Source: Ignavibacteriota bacterium
GTDB taxonomy: Bacteria > Bacteroidota > Ignavibacteria > UBA10030
Direction: 5' to 3'
NCBI GenBank assembly: GCA_963727825.1
Contig: CAVSHO010000011.1
Coordinates: 288,001-352,000, forward strand
Length of the DNA: 64,000 nt
The notes under the pieces are model-generated. The model saw only the letters and a program-made list of their open reading frames with translations. It was not told the DNA's origin and searched no databases. The position numbers and the translations under genes were made by a program. Shown one piece after another: positions 57,323-64,000 of this stretch (positions are counted from its first letter, which is position 1; every line of letters starts with the position of its first letter).

Positions 57323-59719
57323 TTACATAGATTTTCCGAATTGAAAATGGAATTTCCAACCGGGAGCGGCAGCGTTCGGTGTTGCCCCATCATAACCATA
57401 GCCATAATCAAATCCGATCAAACCAACTGGATTTACTAATAGACGAACACCAAATCCCGCTGACCGGCGAAGATCAAGCATGTCCATAACAGAAGGATCG
57501 AGCCACACATTCCCCGCCTCGGCAAATAAAAGTGTGTAAATCGGGATTGGATTTACTGTCAGTGCAAAGCGTAATTCTGCTGTATACTTTGCCATTGCTT
57601 TACCGCCAATGCCTTTTGTGGAATAAGGCCCGATACTGTTATCATCATATCCGCGTAATGGAGTCACAGATATCTGTCCAAGTCCTGTACCGCCCATATA
57701 AAATAGATCTTGATATGGAACGTTGGGCGTACTACCTATGCCAAAAACAAGTCCAAGCATGTTAGAACTCATCAAAGTAACTTTGTCAGAACTGGATAAA
57801 GGCACATACCAATCAGCATCAAAAATTTGCCTGTAATATCGCGATGCTTTAGTCCCACTGCTTAAGCTTGGACCTCCGTAAATTTCTGTCAATAAGGAAA
57901 AATTGGAGCCGCGAGAAGGAAAAATCGGACTATCAGTACTATTGCGAGAGAGAACCTGAGAAATACCAATTTGTGTTGTTGTACCTGTATAATAATAGGA
58001 ATCATAGTACGTAGATGTTGTACTAAGAGGATTGTATGTAGTCTCCTGGACATGCAATGTCCAGTCGCCGCGGAAATACATATCAGGCCACTTAAAACGC
58101 CGCCCGATACGGACCGATGCGCCATCAGTGTGTAAATCATAATAGTACGATTGATATGTATCGAATATATTAAATCCAAATAAAGTTGGTGTACTGAACA
58201 TCCACGGTTCTGTAAAGCCAATCGAAAACGTTCGATAATAGTTACTTACACCAAATTGATAATCGAATGTCATTGACTGACCGGCGCCGCCCCGTAATGG
58301 TTCACTTAAAGAAAAATTATTAAATGAAACTCCAAGACCACCACTGAAACCAAACGAGCCGCTATATCCAACTGACATATTGAAAGTATCGCTGGATTTT
58401 TCTTCAACAGAATACTCCAACTCAACTGTTTTGTCATCAACCGGCCGGACATCTGGTTTTAATTTTTCCGGATTGAAATAATTTAATTGCTGCAGTTGGC
58501 GCAGACTTCTGAGAATCAGCTGCCTGCTGAAATAATCACCCGGCTTTGTTAGTAACTCACGGCGAATAACTTTTTCGTACGTTTTCGTGTTACCCGAAAT
58601 AAATACACGGCCAAGGCGGAATTGATTCCGTTCGTGGATTTGCATTATAATATCAAGGCTATCAGTACCAACTACCTTTATATCAGGTTCCACCTGAAAG
58701 TAGAGATAGCCGTTGTCAGCATAAAGCGACGTAACATCTGACTCTTCTTCGTTGCGATGCAGATTTTGATCGAATTTTTCTTGATTAAATACATCCCCTT
58801 TTTTGAGTCCTAGCCGAGTACTCAGCACATCGGATGGATATACTGTATTGCCTTCCCAAGAGATATTTCTTATAAAAAATTGCTGTCCTTCTGATAAATA
58901 AATGTTAATTGTCATGTACCTATTTGTATTATCATAAGTCAGCGAGTCAGAAAGAATTTCGGCATCGCGGAATCCATTATTCCGATAAAATGCGAGGATA
59001 AGGTCTTTATCTTCATTATATTTTTTCTTGTCAAATTTATTTGTTGTCCAAAACTTCCACCACCTTCTTTCACTTGTCTCCTTCATCGCACCTTTCAGGT
59101 CGCCATCATCAAACCGTTTATTGCCATGAAAGTGGATGTAGTCTACCTTCACTTTCACCCCCTCATCAATAACAACTTTTAATGCCACACGCCCGGTTGT
59201 GTCGTTCACCGTAACAAGTGTTGGAGTGATATGTGCATTAAGATATCCATCTTCATCGTATTGATGCTTCAGCACGCGGATGACCGTTGAAAGATCCTGC
59301 GGCGTAACAATTTGGCCTTTTACAAGATTTATTTTTTTAAGAATGTCATCCTGATCTAATTCATCATTGCCGGATACTTCAATGCGTTCCAATCTTGGAT
59401 TTTCTTTCACTTTGATTAAAAGATAGACTCCATCCTGTACTCGATTCTCAATGAAGATTTGGACATCATCAAATATACGAAGGTTATGCAATCTCTCAAT
59501 TGCCAATTTCGTTTGCTCACTTGGAATTGTGATTTCCTCGCCTATTTTCAATCCAGTATTTGCGATAATGGCAGAGGGGTCTCCAGATCGTTGCCCTTCC
59601 ACGCTAATACCGAGGATTTTATAAACTTCTGGTTGCGGCTGTTGCTTCTGTCCGAACAAAACTCCAGCTGAGAATGCTACGAAGAGGAAGAGGAAAAAGA
59701 GTTTATGAATTCGTGACAC
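57323..59719 (-). CDS. bamA: Outer membrane protein assembly factor BamA
   Basis: POTRA repeats, GNTKT...VIRREL, FTEPW, LRGY, C-terminal barrel strand. Confidence 0.95.
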   Translation of the reverse strand: MSRIHKLFFLFLFVAFSAGVLFGQKQQPQPEVYKILGISVEGQRSGDPSAIIANTGLKIGEEITIPSEQTKLAIERLHNLRIFDDVQIFIENRVQDGVYLLIKVKENPRLERIEVSGNDELDQDDILKKINLVKGQIVTPQDLSTVIRVLKHQYDEDGYLNAHITPTLVTVNDTTGRVALKVVIDEGVKVKVDYIHFHGNKRFDDGDLKGAMKETSERRWWKFWTTNKFDKKKYNEDKDLILAFYRNNGFRDAEILSDSLTYDNTNRYMTINIYLSEGQQFFIRNISWEGNTVYPSDVLSTRLGLKKGDVFNQEKFDQNLHRNEEESDVTSLYADNGYLYFQVEPDIKVVGTDSLDIIMQIHERNQFRLGRVFISGNTKTYEKVIRRELLTKPGDYFSRQLILRSLRQLQQLNYFNPEKLKPDVRPVDDKTVELEYSVEEKSSDTFNMSVGYSGSFGFSGGLGVSFNNFSLSEPLRGGAGQSMTFDYQFGVSNYYRTFSIGFTEPWMFSTPTLFGFNIFDTYQSYYYDLHTDGASVRIGRRFKWPDMYFRGDWTLHVQETTYNPLSTTSTYYDSYYYTGTTTQIGISQVLSRNSTDSPIFPSRGSNFSLLTEIYGGPSLSSGTKASRYYRQIFDADWYVPLSSSDKVTLMSSNMLGLVFGIGSTPNVPYQDLFYMGGTGLGQISVTPLRGYDDNSIGPYSTKGIGGKAMAKYTAELRFALTVNPIPIYTLLFAEAGNVWLDPSVMDMLDLRRSAGFGVRLLVNPVGLIGFDYGYGYDGATPNAAAPGWKFHFQFGKSM

Positions 59720-60539
59720 TTTTTTTAAACCTTTCTATAATCCGGGCAGAATGACTTTTTGAGGATGGCTGTACTTGTTCACTTACCATGCCAAATCGAC
59801 GCTCGCGTGTTTGAAAATCCGCAATTGCTTCATACAGATGCTTACGTCGAAACGCAGGCCAATATTCATCTGTAATAACGATCTCTGAATAGGCTGATTG
59901 CCAAAGAAGAAAATTGCTAAGCCGCAGTTCACCGCTCGTCCGGATTAGCAAATCAGGATCAGGAATATCTTTCGTCGAAAGGTACTTCCCGATCATTTCC
60001 TCACTGATCATATCTTTCTTTAACACTCCGGCAAGAATATCAGTATACATTTCCTTAATGGCATTCGTTATATCCCACCTACCGCTGTAACTGAGCGCAA
60101 GTACCAAAGTTAAACCGGAATTCTCCTTCATCATCTCCATCGCATCGCGTAATTCATTAGCGACATCGATAGGAAGCATATAGAATTCTCCTATAACTTT
60201 CAGGCGTACCTCATTCTGGTGAAGTCGATCTCGTTCATCTCGCAATGCCCTCACTAATAAGCGCATCAGCATGGACACTTCATCTTGCGGCCGCTTCCAG
60301 TTCTCAGTGGAGAATGTATAAAGCGTAAGATATTTTATATCAAGCTGTGCACATGCCTCAATAATATCCCGAACAGAATTGACACCTTCGTTATGACCGG
60401 CAATTCGCGGTAATCCCCGGCGTTTCGCCCATCGCCCATTCCCATCCATAATGATGGCAATATGTTTGGGCAATGGACCGTATGCGATAAGCTGTTCTTG
60501 ATGCTTTTTATCGATTCCCGTTGCCTTTACTAACGGCAC
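59703..60539 (-). CDS. uppS: Undecaprenyl diphosphate synthase
   Basis: HIAIIMDGNGRWA, FSTENWKRP, DLLIRTSGELRLSNFLLWQ. Confidence 0.97.
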   Translation of the reverse strand: MPLVKATGIDKKHQEQLIAYGPLPKHIAIIMDGNGRWAKRRGLPRIAGHNEGVNSVRDIIEACAQLDIKYLTLYTFSTENWKRPQDEVSMLMRLLVRALRDERDRLHQNEVRLKVIGEFYMLPIDVANELRDAMEMMKENSGLTLVLALSYSGRWDITNAIKEMYTDILAGVLKKDMISEEMIGKYLSTKDIPDPDLLIRTSGELRLSNFLLWQSAYSEIVITDEYWPAFRRKHLYEAIADFQTRERRFGMVSEQVQPSSKSHSARIIERFKKSVTNS

Positions 60540-60580
60540 AATTTCTCCAAATTTCTAATTATTACTTGTACGTGTTTATA

Positions 60581-60609
60581 AATTTAACCTTTTTTGGAAC
60601 GATAGTCAA
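60581..60609 (-). promoter_or_regulatory. Putative promoter of the uppS-bamA operon
   Basis: Minus strand TTGACT-17 nt-TAAATT. Confidence 0.5.
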
Positions 60610-60665
60610 AAAAAAGCATCTAAAAGAGTGATAAGCCGCAGATACGGGAGTCGATTTTCGTTTTC

Positions 60666-60694
60666 TTGACTGACCCTGTAAAAATGGTTATATT
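60666..60694 (+). promoter_or_regulatory. Putative promoter of clpC
   Basis: TTGACT-17 nt-TATATT. Confidence 0.55.
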
Positions 60695-60787
60695 GGTAAG
60701 GAAACTTTATTTCTTCTAGAACGGTTCATGATATAGGAATTAAGACGTTTTATTGAGATAGTTGGTTCCGTTATTAAGGGAAAATAT

Positions 60788-63295
60788 ATGGAAGGAAATT
60801 TTTCAAATAGAGTACAAGACGTAATACGACTAAGCCGTGATGAAGCATTACGGCTTGGGCATGATTATATTGGAACAGAGCACTTGCTCTTAGGTGTCAT
60901 TCGTGAAGGTGAAGGTATAGCGGTGAAGATTCTCCGCAATCTCGGTGTAGATTTGTACAAGTTGAAGAAAACAATTGAAGATACGGTTCGTGCTGCAGGT
61001 GGAACGCTCACAATTGGCAATATACCGTTGACAAAGCAGGCAGAAAAAGTCCTTAAAATCACTTATTTGGAAGCAAAGCTCTACAAATCTGATGTAATCG
61101 GCACAGAACATTTATTGCTGTCACTCCTGCGTGATGACGACAATATAGCCGCACAGATAATGCATCAATTTAATGTTCACTATGATGTAGTTCGAAATGA
61201 ATTGGATAATATTATTTCTGGCAAGCCATCCTCGCCTCCCAGTCAACAACATACTCAAACAGAAAAAAAACAGGAACGCTCAAAAACACCTGTGTTGGAT
61301 AACTTCGGTCGCGATCTTACAAAACTTGCGATCGAAGATAAGCTTGACCCCATAGTCGGACGTGAAAAAGAAATCGAGCGCGTTGCTCAAGTTCTGAGTA
61401 GACGGAAGAAAAATAACCCTGTACTAATAGGCGAGCCGGGCGTTGGAAAATCTGCTATTGCAGAAGGTCTTGCACTCCGCATAGTTCAAAAGAAAGTCTC
61501 TCGTGTTCTACATGATAAACGCGTCGTAACACTCGACCTTGCAGCATTAGTAGCTGGCACGAAATACCGCGGTCAGTTTGAAGAAAGAATGAAAGCAGTA
61601 ATGAACGAACTAGAGAAATCTAAAGATGTCATCCTTTTCATCGACGAATTGCATACAATCGTCGGTGCAGGCGGTGCAAGCGGCTCATTAGATGCATCTA
61701 ATATGTTCAAACCTGCGTTGGCTCGTGGCGATCTCCAATGCATTGGTGCAACCACCCTTGATGAATACCGGCAATATATTGAAAAAGATGGAGCACTTGA
61801 CCGTCGGTTCCAGAAGATCATGGTAAACCCGACTACAGTTGATGAAACAATCCAGATTCTTGAGAATATAAAGCATAAGTACGAAGAACACCATGGCGTT
61901 CTCTATTCCGAGCCTGCCATACAAGCAGCAGTGCGTCTAAGCGATAGGTACATAACCGATCGGTACCTGCCAGATAAAGCTATCGATGTAATGGACGAAG
62001 CTGGCGCCCGCGTGCACTTAGCTAATATAAAGGTGCCAAAAGAAATTCTCCAACTTGAAGATGAGATTGAAAAAATTCGGCAATCAAAGAACCAGGTTGT
62101 AAAAAACCAAAATTTCGAGGAAGCAGCACGCCTACGTGATTTGGAGAAAAAACTTTTAAGCGATTTGGAAATTGCAAAACGCGAATGGGATTTGAAGGCA
62201 CGGGATATGATTTACGATGTCAATGAGGAAGATTGTGCCGCCGTTGTCTCGATGATGACAAATATTCCTGTACAAAAAGTTGCGCAAAGCGAATCCGAGA
62301 AATTACTTAAGATGGAATCAGCGCTTGCCGAGATGGTAGTTGGACAAGATGAAGCCATTTCCAAACTGACAAAGGCAATTCGGCGTACTCGTGCCGGTCT
62401 AAAAGATCCAAAACGTCCTATCGGTTCCTTCATTTTTCTCGGTCCTACAGGTGTCGGCAAGACAGAGATGGCAAAAGCGCTTGCGCGTTACCTGTTCGAT
62501 TCTGATGAAGCCCTTATTCGCATAGATATGAGCGAGTATATGGAAAAATTTGCAGTCTCGCGCCTTGTCGGTGCACCTCCAGGCTATGTTGGATATGAAG
62601 AAGGCGGTCAATTAACTGAAAAAGTTCGGCGGAAGCCTTATTCTGTAGTTTTATTAGATGAAATTGAAAAAGCACATCCGGATGTCTTTAACATTTTATT
62701 GCAAGTATTGGACGATGGAGTACTAACTGACAGCCTCGGCCGTCGTATTGATTTTAAAAATACGATTTTGATAATGACTTCAAATCTTGGTTCGCGAGAC
62801 ATTAAAGTTACTGGCGGATTAGGATTCGGGACAAATACGCATCAGGATAACTACAAGACAATGAAGTCTAGCATCGAAGATGCGCTCAAGCGGGTTTTCA
62901 ATCCAGAGTTTCTGAATCGCGTCGATGATACGATTATTTTTCATCAGCTCGAACGTTCGCACATATATAAGATTATCGATATTGCAACCAAGGAACTCTT
63001 TGGTCGCATGATATCGCTTGGAATTACAATCGAGCTAAGTCAAGAAGCAAAAGATTTTCTTGTTGAAAAAGGATACGATCCTTCGTTTGGCGCGCGGCCA
63101 CTTCGCAGAGCGGTTATGAAATATATCGAAGATCCATGCGCTGAAGAAATTCTGAAAGGTACTTACCCGCAGGGAAGTACTATACTTGCAAATTTTAATA
63201 AAGAGAAAGAAGAGCTTGTGTTTGTGTATACCCCAAAAGGAATCGAAGATAATCAAATAGAAAAACACGATGAAGAAATAATCGATACTAAGTAA
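60788..63295 (+). CDS. clpC: ATP-dependent Clp protease ATPase subunit ClpC
   Basis: Two Clp-N repeats (GTEHLLL), two AAA+ modules ([16 protein letters not shown]), UVR middle domain (FEEAARLRD). Confidence 0.95.
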   Translation: MEGNFSNRVQDVIRLSRDEALRLGHDYIGTEHLLLGVIREGEGIAVKILRNLGVDLYKLKKTIEDTVRAAGGTLTIGNIPLTKQAEKVLKITYLEAKLYKSDVIGTEHLLLSLLRDDDNIAAQIMHQFNVHYDVVRNELDNIISGKPSSPPSQQHTQTEKKQERSKTPVLDNFGRDLTKLAIEDKLDPIVGREKEIERVAQVLSRRKKNNPVLIGEPGVGKSAIAEGLALRIVQKKVSRVLHDKRVVTLDLAALVAGTKYRGQFEERMKAVMNELEKSKDVILFIDELHTIVGAGGASGSLDASNMFKPALARGDLQCIGATTLDEYRQYIEKDGALDRRFQKIMVNPTTVDETIQILENIKHKYEEHHGVLYSEPAIQAAVRLSDRYITDRYLPDKAIDVMDEAGARVHLANIKVPKEILQLEDEIEKIRQSKNQVVKNQNFEEAARLRDLEKKLLSDLEIAKREWDLKARDMIYDVNEEDCAAVVSMMTNIPVQKVAQSESEKLLKMESALAEMVVGQDEAISKLTKAIRRTRAGLKDPKRPIGSFIFLGPTGVGKTEMAKALARYLFDSDEALIRIDMSEYMEKFAVSRLVGAPPGYVGYEEGGQLTEKVRRKPYSVVLLDEIEKAHPDVFNILLQVLDDGVLTDSLGRRIDFKNTILIMTSNLGSRDIKVTGGLGFGTNTHQDNYKTMKSSIEDALKRVFNPEFLNRVDDTIIFHQLERSHIYKIIDIATKELFGRMISLGITIELSQEAKDFLVEKGYDPSFGARPLRRAVMKYIEDPCAEEILKGTYPQGSTILANFNKEKEELVFVYTPKGIEDNQIEKHDEEIIDTK

Positions 63296-63318
63296 TCGGT
63301 ATCATTTTAGAAATTTAG

Positions 63319-63352
63319 AATCCCTCGGCAAATACCGGGGGATTTTTATTTT
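63319..63352 (+). terminator. Intrinsic terminator after clpC
   Basis: AATCCCTCGG-CAAATA-CCGGGGGATT followed by a T-rich tract. Confidence 0.8.
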
Positions 63353-63386
63353 CATCAGAAATAACGAATATTTATAAATCTCTTAT

Positions 63387-64000
63387 ATGGTCTCGTCAGA
63401 AATTTCTGTGAATTCAAACAGAAAATCATATATCCTCTTTTACAAACCGTATGGCGTTCTGTCACAATTTACACGGGAGGCAGGATATTTATCGTTAGCC
63501 GATTTTGGGCCATTTCCCAAAAACATTTATTCGGCCGGCAGATTAGATGCAGACAGTGAGGGTCTCCTGCTACTAACCAATGACAATATTATTAAACACC
63601 GCATTACCGATCCAAAGTTCGAACACGCTCGAACGTATTTTGTTCAGGTGGAGGGACTTCCTGATGAAAACGATATAAAGCAATTACAGAATGGAGTTGT
63701 GATTGAAGGGAAACGCACGAAGCCAACAAAGGTAAAATTGTTAACCCGTGAGCCAAGCTTGCCGCCGCGCGCTGTGCCAATTCGCTTCAGAAAAAACACT
63801 CCGACATCGTGGATGGAAATTATATTGCGCGAGGGGCGCAACAGACAGGTAAGGAAAATGACTGCTGCTATTGGTCATCCAACATTAAGACTTGTGCGTA
63901 CATCTATCACATTCCTTAGCATACACGGACTAAAGCCAGGGATGTATCGAGAAATGAATCATAAGGAAATTGATAAATTGCTCAGGCTGTTAATAATTTC
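63387..64000 (+). CDS. rluE: 23S rRNA pseudouridine synthase, RluE-like (runs off the window; not in the ORF track)
   Basis: Manual translation: YILFYKPYGVLSQF...AGRLDADSEGLLLLTND...EGRNRQVRKMTAAIGHPTLRLVR. Confidence 0.88.
   Translation, partial: MVSSEISVNSNRKSYILFYKPYGVLSQFTREAGYLSLADFGPFPKNIYSAGRLDADSEGLLLLTNDNIIKHRITDPKFEHARTYFVQVEGLPDENDIKQLQNGVVIEGKRTKPTKVKLLTREPSLPPRAVPIRFRKNTPTSWMEIILREGRNRQVRKMTAAIGHPTLRLVRTSITFLSIHGLKPGMYREMNHKEIDKLLRLLII

Noticed and set aside
227-63841. Many short antisense or overlapping ORFs in the six-frame track
   Set aside because: They are shadows of well-supported genes and carry no recognisable motifs

Overview
Mostly core chromosome of a Gram-negative FCB-group bacterium, most likely Ignavibacteriota/Chlorobiota-like. 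This is inferred from the T9SS genes sprA and porX, a QNYPNPFNP-type C-terminal sorting domain, an LpxC-FabZ fusion, SD-type RBSs and sigma70-like TTGxxx-17-TAxATT promoters. Housekeeping blocks are rbr, mutT-like/ogg, yajQ-amidase, asd-lysC-dapB-dapA, sprA-porX-tsaE-tsaB-accD-panC-glmU(N-half), lptFG, uppS-bamA-skp-skp-lpxD-lpxC/fabZ-lpxA-lipoate ligase-panB, surE, mutS, clpC and a partial rluE. The main oddities are five. (1) A REP-associated tyrosine transposase (RAYT) with one in-frame TAG, bracketed by nested REP palindromes, plus a related palindrome 10 kb away. (2) An orphan HerA/DUF87 ATPase paired with a PP2C phosphatase instead of a SIR2 or nuclease partner, directly behind mutS. (3) A frameshift that removes the beta-clamp motif and C-terminal tail of MutS. 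(4) A secreted PLD-family gene with a nonsense codon and at least six frame changes in about 450 bp. (5) A PAS-rich phosphorelay cluster with no output domain. I saw no rRNA, tRNA, CRISPR array or prophage. All calls come from reading motifs by eye, with no database searches.
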